A model generated the notes under the pieces. The model was given only the letters and a program-made list of their open reading frames with translations. It was not told where the DNA came from and did not search any database. Positions 1 to 10,736 of a stretch of 64,000 bases of DNA are shown here, one piece after another. The DNA comes from a bacterium (GTDB taxonomy: Bacteria; Patescibacteriota; Minisyncoccia; UBA6257; 02-FULL-45-10c). Both the position numbers and the translations under genes were made by a program. Location: contig JAJYMK010000003.1 in the NCBI GenBank assembly GCA_021786945.1, positions 37,105-101,104 on the forward strand, in the 5' to 3' direction. Numbering within the stretch: the stretch's first letter is position 1; every line of letters begins with the position of its first letter.

Positions 1-1205
<1,205 letters not shown>

Positions 1206-1380
1206 TAAAATTTTTACTTCGGTAAAAATTTAAGTACGATTATTTATCTTTTGATAAGTATATGAGTGTTGATCGTGGAGCTCTAAGTCACGATTCGCTA
1301 ATTCAATTTATTTTGAAGCGCGTAAGGTTGAGGTAACTAAAAAGTTTTTAAATGACTCAATTACTGCATGAATAATAAAA

Positions 1381-1404
1381 AGCGCCTTGTCGGCGTTTTT
1401 TATT
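1381..1404 (+). terminator. Weak rho-independent terminator downstream of 16S (gcgcc-ttgtc-ggcgt stem plus T-run)
   Basis: Short GC stem followed by TTTTTTATTTTT. Confidence 0.35.
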
Positions 1405-1442
1405 TTTAAAAAAATAAAGTCTTGTGATATAATATAAAAACA

Positions 1443-1814
1443 ATGGCAAAGAAAATATTATTGATTGAGGACGACCCATTTTTATCTTCTTTATTAAAAA
1501 ATAGATTTATTAAGGAGGGTTATGAAATCGTATTGGCTCAAACCGGTGATGCAGGCATCCAAGCTGCAAAACAAGGCGGGGTTGATTTGATTCTTTTAGA
1601 TCTTATTCTTCCGGGTAAGTCCGGATTTGAAGTTATGGAAGAGTTAAATATGGATCCGTTGGTCCCCAAGGTTCCTATTCTTATAATTTCCAATTTAGGA
1701 CAAGATAGTGATATAGAGAAAGGTAAGGAGCTTGGCGCTGTGGGTTATCTTATAAAAGCCAGGACATCAATTGAAACTTTAATTTCTAAAGCAAAGGAAT
1801 TTATAGGAACTTAA
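1443..1814 (+). CDS. Single-domain CheY-like response regulator receiver
   Basis: Receiver-domain motifs: LLIEDD..., the phospho-acceptor context DLILLDLILPGKSG, and a conserved Lys near the C-terminus. A TGATATAAT extended -10 lies just upstream. Confidence 0.85.
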   Translation: MAKKILLIEDDPFLSSLLKNRFIKEGYEIVLAQTGDAGIQAAKQGGVDLILLDLILPGKSGFEVMEELNMDPLVPKVPILIISNLGQDSDIEKGKELGAVGYLIKARTSIETLISKAKEFIGT

Positions 1815-1900
1815 TAGTTATCAACATTTAATATTCCTTATATTTTATAAATAGTTTATAATATATATACAATTAAAATTAATAAAAAATATAGTTATTT

Positions 1901-2533
1901 ATGAGTAAATCAGTAACAAAAGGTTTTACCTTAATCGAATTATTGATCGTTATTGGTATTTTGGCTGTTTTAGCCACCGTAACATTATTAGTATTAAATC
2001 CGGCTCAGATGTTTGCTCAGGCCAGGGATTCACAGAGGATTTCCGATTTAAATACAGTTAAGAGCGCCGTTTCTTTGTATTTATCTACAGCGTCTTCCCC
2101 GGTTTTAGCTACAGGCACCAATGGTGTTGATTGTGCTACAAATTTTTGGGGTACTTTTGCAACAACCACTGGAGCTACAGCTGGCGCCGCTTTATTTGGT
2201 AATTCCGCCAGAACGACATTTAAATCTCCAACCTCTGCCACAACTACCGTTGGCCTAGGCGGATGGATTCCTGTTCCTTTAGATACAATGTCTGGAGGTT
2301 CTCCAATTAGTGCTTTGCCGTTGGATCCTTCCAATATTTTGAATGGTACAAATACAAATGACGCTACAGCTTATTACTATGCCTGCAGCACAACTCAGAT
2401 GACTTTTAAATTAGTAGGACAATTGGAAAGCACCAGATATTCTAACGGTGGTACAGAAGATAAAGAATCAACTGACGGTGGTACAAATGCCGCTTATTAC
2501 GAAACCGGTACCAATATCTCTGCCAGTTTGTAA
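1901..2533 (+). CDS. Type IV major pilin paralog 1 (class III signal, G|FTLIELL)
   Basis: N-terminus MSKSVTKG|FTLIELLIVIGILAVLA is a prepilin peptidase site with Glu+5. It shares the GWIPV...LP.DP...ESxxYS...STDGG..YYE core with the next two genes. Confidence 0.9.
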   Translation: MSKSVTKGFTLIELLIVIGILAVLATVTLLVLNPAQMFAQARDSQRISDLNTVKSAVSLYLSTASSPVLATGTNGVDCATNFWGTFATTTGATAGAALFGNSARTTFKSPTSATTTVGLGGWIPVPLDTMSGGSPISALPLDPSNILNGTNTNDATAYYYACSTTQMTFKLVGQLESTRYSNGGTEDKESTDGGTNAAYYETGTNISASL

Positions 2534-2556
2534 ACCCGATTCTAAAAAATATTTTT

Positions 2557-2585
2557 ATCCCGCACAATTGTGCGGGATTTTTGTT
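2557..2585 (+). terminator. Rho-independent terminator after pilin 1
   Basis: atcccgcaca-att-tgtgcgggat followed by TTTTTGTT. Confidence 0.7.
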
Positions 2586-2631
2586 AACATTTTCATTTAT
2601 TAACTTTTTAAAATAGTTTATAATTAAATTT

Positions 2632-3234
2632 ATGAATAAAACATCGGCAAAGGGTTTTACTTTAATTGAACTTTTAATCGTTATCGCTATTTTGGCTATT
2701 TTAGCCACAGTGGTTTTGATTGTTATTAACCCGGTTCAAATGTTTGCTCAAGCCAGGGATTCTCAGAGGATTAATGATATGGCTACTTTAAATAGCGCCG
2801 TAGCTTTATATTTAACAACTGTCACATTGCCATCGTTGGAGGGTGGTGGTGGAACTTGCGCAGCAAATTTTTGGGCCACCAACGGAAGCGCAGTTAATAC
2901 CTTCGTTACTTCTTTAGTTTTACCAGCCGCCCCTTCTTTTACGGCAGCCGTAGATGGTACGGGCTGGATTCCGGTTAATTTATCTACAATTTCCGGCGGC
3001 TCTCCTTTAAGCGCTCTGCCTAGGGACCCCATAAATTCAAGTACGTATTTTTATTCTTATGCTTGTAATAATGCCAGTAAATGGTTTGAGTTTCATTCGA
3101 AAATGGAAAGCTGCAGATATAGTTATAATAATTCCGGTTGTGGAGGTGCCGGCAGTGATGATGTAGAAAGCACAGATGGAGGCCCAAACAATAATTATTA
3201 CGAAGTCGGAAATACTCCTGGTTTGGGTTTGTAA
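2632..3234 (+). CDS. Type IV major pilin paralog 2
   Basis: MNKTSAKG|FTLIELLIVIAILAILA. It has its own TATAAT ~7 nt upstream of the ATG. Confidence 0.9.
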   Translation: MNKTSAKGFTLIELLIVIAILAILATVVLIVINPVQMFAQARDSQRINDMATLNSAVALYLTTVTLPSLEGGGGTCAANFWATNGSAVNTFVTSLVLPAAPSFTAAVDGTGWIPVNLSTISGGSPLSALPRDPINSSTYFYSYACNNASKWFEFHSKMESCRYSYNNSGCGGAGSDDVESTDGGPNNNYYEVGNTPGLGL

Positions 3235-3251
3235 GATTTATAAATAAAAAA

Positions 3252-3860
3252 ATGTCAAAAGGTTTTACTTTAATTGAGCTTTTAATCGTTATAGGTATAT
3301 TGGCTATTCTAGCTACTGTCACGGTGGTTGTTTTAAACCCTGGTCAACTATTTGCCCAAGCGAGAGATTCGCAAAGAATGTCTGATTTGGAAACTGTCAG
3401 TAAAGCTATAGGATATTATTTGTTAAATACTAGCAGCGTAGATCTTGATTCTGCGCTTTCGGTTTGCGGAACTTCCGGTACCCAATCATTGGCTTACACC
3501 GGAACTATTGCGGGTGCCACTACAAGCTTGATTTGCGCCGGAACCTGTTCTCAGGTTGCTGTTTCGGCAGCCAACGTTACTAATGTTGATGGGACTGGCT
3601 GGATTCCGGTAAATTTTGCAAGCGGCATGCTGGCGGGTACATCTATAAGTGATTTGCCGATTGATCCTACCAATACTACCGGCGCTACTGGATACGCATA
3701 TTCATATGGCTGTAATAATGCAGCCGCAACTTATGAGATCGATGCAAACTTGGAAAGTCAAAAATATTCGTATACCGGTTCAGATGATAAGGAGTCTAAG
3801 GATGGGGGAAATTCGGCTACATTGTACGAGGTTGGTAATGATCCTGGTTTGAATATGTAA
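3252..3860 (+). CDS. Type IV major pilin paralog 3
   Basis: MSKG|FTLIELLIVIGILAILA. Conserved C-terminal ESxKYSYTGSDDKESKDGG...YEVGN motif. Confidence 0.9.
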   Translation: MSKGFTLIELLIVIGILAILATVTVVVLNPGQLFAQARDSQRMSDLETVSKAIGYYLLNTSSVDLDSALSVCGTSGTQSLAYTGTIAGATTSLICAGTCSQVAVSAANVTNVDGTGWIPVNFASGMLAGTSISDLPIDPTNTTGATGYAYSYGCNNAAATYEIDANLESQKYSYTGSDDKESKDGGNSATLYEVGNDPGLNM

Positions 3861-3880
3861 TTTATTCGAAAGGTGGATAA

Positions 3881-3910
3881 AAAGCCGTGCTTATATCACG
3901 GCTTTTTTGT
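3881..3910 (+). terminator. Rho-independent terminator after the pilin array
   Basis: aaagccgtg-cttatat-cacggcttt plus a T-run. It is followed at once by TGTTATAAT (3908-3916), 8 nt before the pilB ATG. Confidence 0.7.
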
Positions 3911-3924
3911 TATAATAAAATTAA

Positions 3925-5631
3925 ATGCAGATTCCTATACACAAACTAAAAGAGATCGTTGTCGGTGAGAATTTTATTAGTGAAGCCGATTTTGATGCTT
4001 TGACGGAAGAAGCTGCTAGATTAGGCCAGAATGTAGCTGATGTTTTGATTTCAAAAAACATTGTTTCGCATGACTATCTTGCCGATTTGCTTTCTTCTTA
4101 TTTTGGCGTTGAAAAAGCCAATCTTGCTTCCAGGCAAATTGATAAGAATATTTTACAGCTTTTGCCGGAAGAAATGGCTAGGCAAAAAAAGGTAATTGTT
4201 TTCGCCAAAGAAGATTCGGGAATTTTTGATGTGGCTATGGAGGACCCGAGCGATTTGTTGACTATAGAATTTTTAGAGCAAAATTTGGGCGGTAAAGTAA
4301 AGCCATTTTTGGCTTTGGAGGGAGATTTGAATAAAGGCTTTGCTTTGTATGGTCAGGAATTATCTCAGGATTTTAAACAAATCATCGAATCAAATATTAA
4401 GGAGTCTTTAAGAATGGGGAAGAAGGGCGATGAGGCCGCTACGGAGGTTCCTATTGTTGCCATTGTAGATAATCTAGTTTCTTACGCCTTGGCTTCCCGT
4501 GCATCAGATATTCATTTTGAAATTTTTCAGGACGGAATACTTGTCCGTTACAGGATCGACGGTGTTTTGCATGAAATTATGAAGATACCAAAAGAAGTTC
4601 ATTCCGCTATCGTTGCTCGTGTAAAACTTTTGGGCGGTTTAAAAATTGATGAACATTATAAGCCGCAGGATGGACGTTTTAGATATAGAATTTCTGGAGG
4701 TAAGGATGTGTTGGACGTAAGGGTTTCCATATTGCCCACATACTATGGCGAAAAAATAGAAATGCGTCTTTTGGCTGCAGCTCAAAGGCCGCTGTCTTTA
4801 AAGGAGGTTGGTTTACTTGAAGACCATGCGGAAATTGTGATGGAAAATATAAAAAAGAGTTACGGTATGATCCTAGTTTGTGGTCCTACGGGTTCCGGTA
4901 AAACAACTACTCTGTATTCAATTTTAGGCCTTTTAAATAAAACGGAAGTAAATATTGTTACCATTGAGGATCCTATTGAATACGATATTAAATTTATAAA
5001 TCAAACACAGATCAATCCTCAGGCCGGAGTTACTTTTGCCAGCGGATTAAGATCTATTTTGAGGCAAGACCCTAATATTATCATGGTTGGTGAAATCAGA
5101 GATCCAGAAACTGCCGATATTTCCGTGCAGGCAGCTTTGACCGGTCATTTGGTGCTTTCTTCCTTGCACACGAACGATGCTCCGACAGCAGTGCCAAGGT
5201 TGATAGATATGAATATTGTTCCTTTTTTGGTTGCAGCTGTTGTTAATATGGTTTTGGCTCAAAGACTTGTACGAAGTATTTGTCTTGAATGTATTTATTC
5301 TATGGAGCCGGATAAAGAAACAATAGATGTAATTACACGTCAGCTTAAGGAATTGGGAGTTGAGAATTTTAAAATACCGAAATTAATTTATGCCGGAAAG
5401 GGCTGTCAGGCTTGCGGCGGTACTGGCTATAGAGGCAGAACCGGTATTTTTGAAATATTGAATGTGACCGAGGATATCAGAAAGGCTATTATTAGTCCCG
5501 ATTTTTCTTTGGATACTTTAAGAAACTCAGCCAGGGCTCATGGAATGGTAAGCATGTTTGAGGATGGATTAAGAAAAGTTGAGCGTGGTATGACAACCGT
5601 CGAAGAAATTTTGAGGGTTATAAGAGAGTAG
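3925..5631 (+). CDS. pilB: Type IV pilus assembly ATPase PilB/GspE family
   Basis: Walker A GPTGSGKTTT, Asp box, His box and the C-terminal tetracysteine motif CLEC...CQACGGTGYRGRTGIFE. 568 aa. Confidence 0.92.
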   Translation: MQIPIHKLKEIVVGENFISEADFDALTEEAARLGQNVADVLISKNIVSHDYLADLLSSYFGVEKANLASRQIDKNILQLLPEEMARQKKVIVFAKEDSGIFDVAMEDPSDLLTIEFLEQNLGGKVKPFLALEGDLNKGFALYGQELSQDFKQIIESNIKESLRMGKKGDEAATEVPIVAIVDNLVSYALASRASDIHFEIFQDGILVRYRIDGVLHEIMKIPKEVHSAIVARVKLLGGLKIDEHYKPQDGRFRYRISGGKDVLDVRVSILPTYYGEKIEMRLLAAAQRPLSLKEVGLLEDHAEIVMENIKKSYGMILVCGPTGSGKTTTLYSILGLLNKTEVNIVTIEDPIEYDIKFINQTQINPQAGVTFASGLRSILRQDPNIIMVGEIRDPETADISVQAALTGHLVLSSLHTNDAPTAVPRLIDMNIVPFLVAAVVNMVLAQRLVRSICLECIYSMEPDKETIDVITRQLKELGVENFKIPKLIYAGKGCQACGGTGYRGRTGIFEILNVTEDIRKAIISPDFSLDTLRNSARAHGMVSMFEDGLRKVERGMTTVEEILRVIRE

Positions 5632-5632
5632 T

Positions 5633-6841
5633 ATGAAGTTTCACTACATAGCTTCCGATCCTACAGGAAGAATAAATGAAGATAATTATGAGGCTGAAAG
5701 CTCTTATGAAGTTTTGAATTTTTTGGCTAAAAAGGGCTTAAGGCCGATTTCTATTAAGGTTGTAAGAAGTGTTGATGTAAACTTAAAAAAATTTTTTGGA
5801 CAAACTGTTACCATTGAAGATAAAATATTTTTGACGAAATACTTGTCTTTGATGTTGAAGGCGGGAACGGATTTGTTCAAGGCCATTACTATCCTTATTC
5901 AGGATTTTGAAAAACCGGTTTTGAAGGCTCTTTTGATTGAGATTAGGAATACCTTGGAAAAGGGACAGCCTTTTTATCTTACATTTTCTAAATATCCAAA
6001 ATATTTTTCAAATGTTTTTGTCAGTTTGATTAAAGCCGGAGAGCTTTCTGGTAACCTTGAACAGGTTTTTTATAATTTAAGCGTTTCTCTGCAAAAAGAC
6101 CAAGAGCTCTACGGGCGCATAAAATCAGCTTTTATTTACCCTATAATTTTGATGGGGGTTTCGGCTTTAATCCTTTTATTGCTTGTAAGCTTTGCTTTGC
6201 CGAAAGTGGCAGATGTTTTTTTGAAATCGGGTTTTAAAGTACCATTTTTTTCACAAATAGTTTTTTCTATAGGCTTATTTATAAATGATTATAAACTCAT
6301 AATTTTTCCTTTATTATTTATTTTTGTGGTTGTTTCTTATTATTTCTTTGCCAAGACGGTTCCGGGCAGGCAAATAATTTCCAGATTTATAAACAAACTT
6401 CCTATTGTAAATAAGGTTATCAAAGAAATGGCTTTGCAGAGATTCGCTTCAACACTTGCTTCTTTGATGCGTGCCGGCTTACCGATTTTAGATGCCTTAG
6501 AAATTACCGCTGATTCAGTTGGTTCTGAAGAATTAAGACAAGCCCTGCTTAGAATCTCTAGAGAGGGAATTGCTAAGGGACTTACTATCGGCGAGGCTTT
6601 CAGAAAAGAACCTTTTTTCCCCATGACGGTTACCAATCTTATCGCTGTTTCCGAGAAGGCCGGACACACAGAGGATATTTTGAGCACATTATCTGAATTT
6701 TTTGAAACAGAAATTGACGGACAGGTTAAAAACCTCGTTTCATTCCTTGAACCTATTTTACTTTTAGGTATAGGGTTGATAATTGGAACAATCGCTTTAG
6801 CTGTTATAGTTCCGGTTTATCAGCTTGTTGGTGGCATGTAG
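5633..6841 (+). CDS. pilC: Type IV pilus inner-membrane platform protein PilC/GspF family
   Basis: Two GspF repeats, three TM segments, and a start 2 nt after the pilB stop. Confidence 0.88.
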   Translation: MKFHYIASDPTGRINEDNYEAESSYEVLNFLAKKGLRPISIKVVRSVDVNLKKFFGQTVTIEDKIFLTKYLSLMLKAGTDLFKAITILIQDFEKPVLKALLIEIRNTLEKGQPFYLTFSKYPKYFSNVFVSLIKAGELSGNLEQVFYNLSVSLQKDQELYGRIKSAFIYPIILMGVSALILLLLVSFALPKVADVFLKSGFKVPFFSQIVFSIGLFINDYKLIIFPLLFIFVVVSYYFFAKTVPGRQIISRFINKLPIVNKVIKEMALQRFASTLASLMRAGLPILDALEITADSVGSEELRQALLRISREGIAKGLTIGEAFRKEPFFPMTVTNLIAVSEKAGHTEDILSTLSEFFETEIDGQVKNLVSFLEPILLLGIGLIIGTIALAVIVPVYQLVGGM

Positions 6842-6884
6842 AGAGGGGTATAATTAAAATTGTTTAACACTAATTTTAAAAACA

Positions 6885-9800
6885 ATGTTCAATAAAAAGA
6901 ATAATGGTTTTACCTTGATGGAGCTTTTGGTAACTATGGGAATAGCTGTGGTTTTGGGTAGCGTTGCGATGTCTAATTATTTTAGTTATCAATCCACTGT
7001 AAGTATTGATGGAGCCGCCAACGAGCTTTTGGGTAATTTAAGGGATGCTCAACAGAGAGCGATTTCTCAAGATCAGCAATCGGCTTGGGGTGTTTATATC
7101 AATGCAGTTTCCGACGATAACGATTATTATGAATTATTTTACGGTAATAGCAGATCAACGGGGACGGTTGTTTCAAAGACTGTTTTGCCGGTTGATCTGG
7201 AGTTTTTAGTTCCGGCTCAAGGTAGTGTCTCCGAAATAAATTTCGCAAAATCTACCGGCTTGCCGAATCATGACTATACTTTAATAATTGTTTCTAAAAG
7301 AAATAGTACCTTAGCAAGAACAATTTCTTTTAATATGTCTACGGGCTTGATAGCTTCTTCTGAGAATTTGGGCTCCGGACCGACACTTTCTTCTATTACT
7401 CCAAATAGCGCCTTAAATTCAGCCCCGGTAAATATAACAGCCTTGGTGGGAACGGGTTTTCAGCAGGGTGCTTTATTGAAGTTAACAAAATCCGGAAATC
7501 CTGATTTGATTTGTACAAATATGGCTTTTGTTAATTCGGCTTTATTGACCGGCACATGTGATGTTACTGGTAAATCCGGAGGAACTTGGAATACAGTAGT
7601 TGTAAATCCTGACGGACAATCGGCAACTTTAGCTAATAGTTTTACATTGATTGGAGTTTCGGTGCCGGGATTCGTTTCTTCGTTTAGCGCTGTTGTTGGA
7701 AATCAACAATTAGTTTTGAATTGGGGAGCTCCGCTTGATAACGGGGGTGCCACAATAACCAGTTATAAAGTTTATCGTAGTACAACTTCTGGCGCAGAAA
7801 CATTGCTTACTTCCGGAGGGTGTTCTGGTCTTGGAAGTGTATTGACCTGTACTGATTCCGGTCTTACAAATGGCACAACTTATTATTATAAAATTTCTGC
7901 AGTTAATTCCGTTGGAGAAGGAGCTTTGAGTTCGGAAATAAGTTATATTCCGGCTTCGGTGCCTACAGCCCCTCAAAATTTTGCCGTATCTTCCGGCAAC
8001 CAACAATTAGTTTTGAATTGGGGAGCTCCGCTTGATAACGGGGGTGCCACAATAACCAGTTATAAAGTTTATCGTAGTACAACTTCTGGCGCAGAAACAT
8101 TGCTTACTTCCGGAGGGTGTTCTGGTCTTGGAAGTGTATTGACCTGTACTGATTCCGGTCTTACAAATGGCACAACTTATTATTATAAAATTTCTGCAGT
8201 TAATTCCGTTGGAGAAGGAGCTTTGAGTTCGGAATCTAGCGCGACTACATTTACAACGCCTACAGCCCCTCAAAATTTTGCTGCAATATCAGGAAAACAA
8301 AAAATAGTTCTTAATTGGACAGCTCCATCAAATAATGGCGGCTCTTCAATTACTAATTATGAAATATATAGAGGTGCGTCTTCCGGAGGAGAAACACTTC
8401 TAGCAGAAGTTGGTAGTGTGCTTACGTATACCGATTCAGGATTGGCAAATGGATCGACTTATTACTATAAAGTTGCGGCTAAAAATATTATTGGTATTGG
8501 TACGCAAAGTTCAGAATCCAGCGCGACTACATTAACTGAATGGCGTAGAATTTTTGTAACTAGCACTTCATATTCGGGTAATTTAGGAGGATTATCCGGC
8601 GCGGATTCGTTATGCCAGACAAGGGCTAATGCTGTTAGTCTTGGCGGGACTTGGAAGGCTTGGCTCAGTGATGAAACAACAAATGCTTCAGATAGGCTTT
8701 ATCATGATACCGTTGCATATGTAAATATGAATAATGATAAAGTCGCTAATAACTGGACTGATTTAACTGATGGAAGTTTAACATCTGCGATTCAATATAA
8801 TGAGAGCGGGGTTTCTACGGCTGGCCAAGCTTGGACTGGTAGCTATTCCGACGGAACTAAGTATTTTAGCCAAGATTGTACGGCGTGGACTTCTACAACC
8901 GGAACTGGCGGAGATGCTGGATTATCGGGTATTGTTACTAGTACAACGGGTTCGTGGTCGTATAACGGAACCAATTCTTGCAATACCAGCCTTCCATTAT
9001 ATTGCGTAGAGCAGCCTCCATTTAGTGCTCCGGATGCGCCAACTATCAATACGGTTTATGCAGGAAACAGTCGCGTATCAGTTCTTTTTTCAGCTCCGTC
9101 TTCCGACGGTGGTAGTCCTATTACTAGTTATACAGTTACATCTAATCCTGGAAATATTACCGCTAACGCTTCAGCTAGCCCAATCATAGTAACTGGATTA
9201 ACTAACGGAATCCCTTACACTTTTACTGTAACCGCTACAAATGCTATTGGTACCGGTCCAGCCTCGGTTCCTTCTAGTAGCGTTACTTTGCCTACCGTTT
9301 TTTCAAGACTTTTTGTAACGAGTTTAAAATATAATGGTAATCTAGGTGGTTTATCCGGAGCCGATGCCAAATGTCAGGCTCGTGCTGATGCCGCTAGTTT
9401 AGGTGGAATATGGAAGGCGTGGCTTAGTGATTCAACTACAGATGCTTCGGCTAGATTGTTTCATAATACAGTTCCTTATGTTGATATTTTAGGCAATCTC
9501 GTTGCAAATGATTGGACTGGGTTAACCAGTAGCAATCTTATTATGCCCATAAAATATGATGAGTTTGGTGTTGAATATACCGATCAATATTACCCTAATC
9601 CGACATCTTTAGCTGTCCATACAAACACATATGCTAATGGCACACGAATTGCAACTCAATCTGTTTATACTTGCAGCGATTGGACATATGCTTCTAATTA
9701 TGACCAATATTCTATGTGGCATGGATTTACAAGAAGATCTGATTCGACTTGGTCGTACGATCCAAATTGGTATGGATTAGGATGCCCAATTGAACAGTTC

Positions 9801-10631
9801 CTTTATTGTTTTGAGCAGCCAACCGCTCCTTCCGCTCCAGAAAATCTATTAGCTCTTCGCAGCAGCGTTGCTACGGAAGTTGCCTTAAGTTGGACAGCTC
9901 CATCAAACAATGGCGGCTTACCGATAACTGGTTATAAAATTTATCGGGGAACTACTAGTGGGGGAGAGACTTTATTGGCAACCATCGGTAATGTTTTGAC
10001 CTATACAGCTACGGGTCATACAAGTGGTATAACGTATTATTATAAAGTATCTGCGGTAAATTCGGTCGGCGAAGGAAGTCTTTCAATTGAAGCATTAGGA
10101 TATCCTGGAGCGAAAAGAATATTTGTAACTAGCACAGCATACAATGGTAATCTTGGTGGTGTTGCTGGGGCTAATAGTATTTGTCAGACCCGTGCTAATG
10201 CGGCTTCTCTTGGAGGTACTTGGAAGGCTCTTATATGTTCATCTACTCAAGATGCAAGATCGGTCCCGACCTATGGTACAAATAGCGCATTTGTACGTGT
10301 AGATGGAGTTTATATTAGCGCAAATACAAGCTCTCCAAATGATTTGTTTGACGGTACTATAGCTAACAGTCTAAACAAAACAGAGTTTAATGGTACGCTT
10401 AGCAGGGTTCTTGACAGTATTGAAACCGGTTGTTTAACTACTGGCTTAAGACAAACCGATAGTAATACCTACATGTGTAGCGACTGGACATCTTCTTCTG
10501 CTGCAGGTCCTCCTTATAAAAATGCGTCTGGTCCATTAAGTACGGACGAAACTTTATATGGCTATTACATGGGTGGGAGTGCATATGGCTGCGCTTATAC
10601 AAATTTGCATATTTACTGCATCGAAATATAA
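6885..10631 (+). CDS. Giant prepilin-type protein (1248 aa): pilin N-terminus, Ig-like region, 5 FN3 repeats, 3 Cys-containing lectin-like modules
   Basis: N-terminus MFNKKNNG|FTLMELLVTMGIAVVLG is a class III signal. FN3 repeats have the form PTAPQNF...LNW.AP.DNGG..IT.Y.VYR....G.E.LL...G..L..TD.GLTNGTTYYYK. There are three ~160-aa modules of the form R(I/L)FVTS..Y.GNLGG..GA...C...A.A.SLGG.WKA...(4-6 Cys)...(L/I)YC(V/F/I)E. Confidence 0.85.
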   Translation: MFNKKNNGFTLMELLVTMGIAVVLGSVAMSNYFSYQSTVSIDGAANELLGNLRDAQQRAISQDQQSAWGVYINAVSDDNDYYELFYGNSRSTGTVVSKTVLPVDLEFLVPAQGSVSEINFAKSTGLPNHDYTLIIVSKRNSTLARTISFNMSTGLIASSENLGSGPTLSSITPNSALNSAPVNITALVGTGFQQGALLKLTKSGNPDLICTNMAFVNSALLTGTCDVTGKSGGTWNTVVVNPDGQSATLANSFTLIGVSVPGFVSSFSAVVGNQQLVLNWGAPLDNGGATITSYKVYRSTTSGAETLLTSGGCSGLGSVLTCTDSGLTNGTTYYYKISAVNSVGEGALSSEISYIPASVPTAPQNFAVSSGNQQLVLNWGAPLDNGGATITSYKVYRSTTSGAETLLTSGGCSGLGSVLTCTDSGLTNGTTYYYKISAVNSVGEGALSSESSATTFTTPTAPQNFAAISGKQKIVLNWTAPSNNGGSSITNYEIYRGASSGGETLLAEVGSVLTYTDSGLANGSTYYYKVAAKNIIGIGTQSSESSATTLTEWRRIFVTSTSYSGNLGGLSGADSLCQTRANAVSLGGTWKAWLSDETTNASDRLYHDTVAYVNMNNDKVANNWTDLTDGSLTSAIQYNESGVSTAGQAWTGSYSDGTKYFSQDCTAWTSTTGTGGDAGLSGIVTSTTGSWSYNGTNSCNTSLPLYCVEQPPFSAPDAPTINTVYAGNSRVSVLFSAPSSDGGSPITSYTVTSNPGNITANASASPIIVTGLTNGIPYTFTVTATNAIGTGPASVPSSSVTLPTVFSRLFVTSLKYNGNLGGLSGADAKCQARADAASLGGIWKAWLSDSTTDASARLFHNTVPYVDILGNLVANDWTGLTSSNLIMPIKYDEFGVEYTDQYYPNPTSLAVHTNTYANGTRIATQSVYTCSDWTYASNYDQYSMWHGFTRRSDSTWSYDPNWYGLGCPIEQFLYCFEQPTAPSAPENLLALRSSVATEVALSWTAPSNNGGLPITGYKIYRGTTSGGETLLATIGNVLTYTATGHTSGITYYYKVSAVNSVGEGSLSIEALGYPGAKRIFVTSTAYNGNLGGVAGANSICQTRANAASLGGTWKALICSSTQDARSVPTYGTNSAFVRVDGVYISANTSSPNDLFDGTIANSLNKTEFNGTLSRVLDSIETGCLTTGLRQTDSNTYMCSDWTSSSAAGPPYKNASGPLSTDETLYGYYMGGSAYGCAYTNLHIYCIEI
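7704..8234 (+). repeat. Perfect tandem duplication inside the giant pilin gene (period 297 bp; 234 bp identical)
   Basis: 7704-7937 is base-for-base identical to 8001-8234. Each copy encodes an identical FN3 domain. The antisense ORFs 7710..8006 and 8007..8273 translate identically because of it. Confidence 0.9.
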
Positions 10632-10644
10632 CGACAGAATAAAA

Positions 10645-10676
10645 ACAGGAGAGACTTATAACCTCTCCCGTTTTTA
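10645..10676 (+). terminator. Rho-independent terminator after the giant pilin gene
   Basis: caggagag-acttataac-ctctcccg followed by TTTTTATTATT. Confidence 0.7.
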
Positions 10677-10736
10677 TTATTGAGCTGGGGATTGTTTCGG
10701 TTTTAGCTATTAGAATAAAGTGTTAAAATATTAATA

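Noticed and set aside
2017-3322. Antisense ORFs (2017..2334, 2442..2708, 2763..3032, 3020..3322) overlapping the pilin genes
   Set aside because: They fully overlap conserved + strand pilin genes and show no motifs or start context. They are spurious in an AT-rich sequence.
7710-8273. Two near-identical minus-strand ORFs of 98 and 88 aa
   Set aside because: They mirror the perfect tandem duplication inside the + strand giant pilin gene and are not genes.
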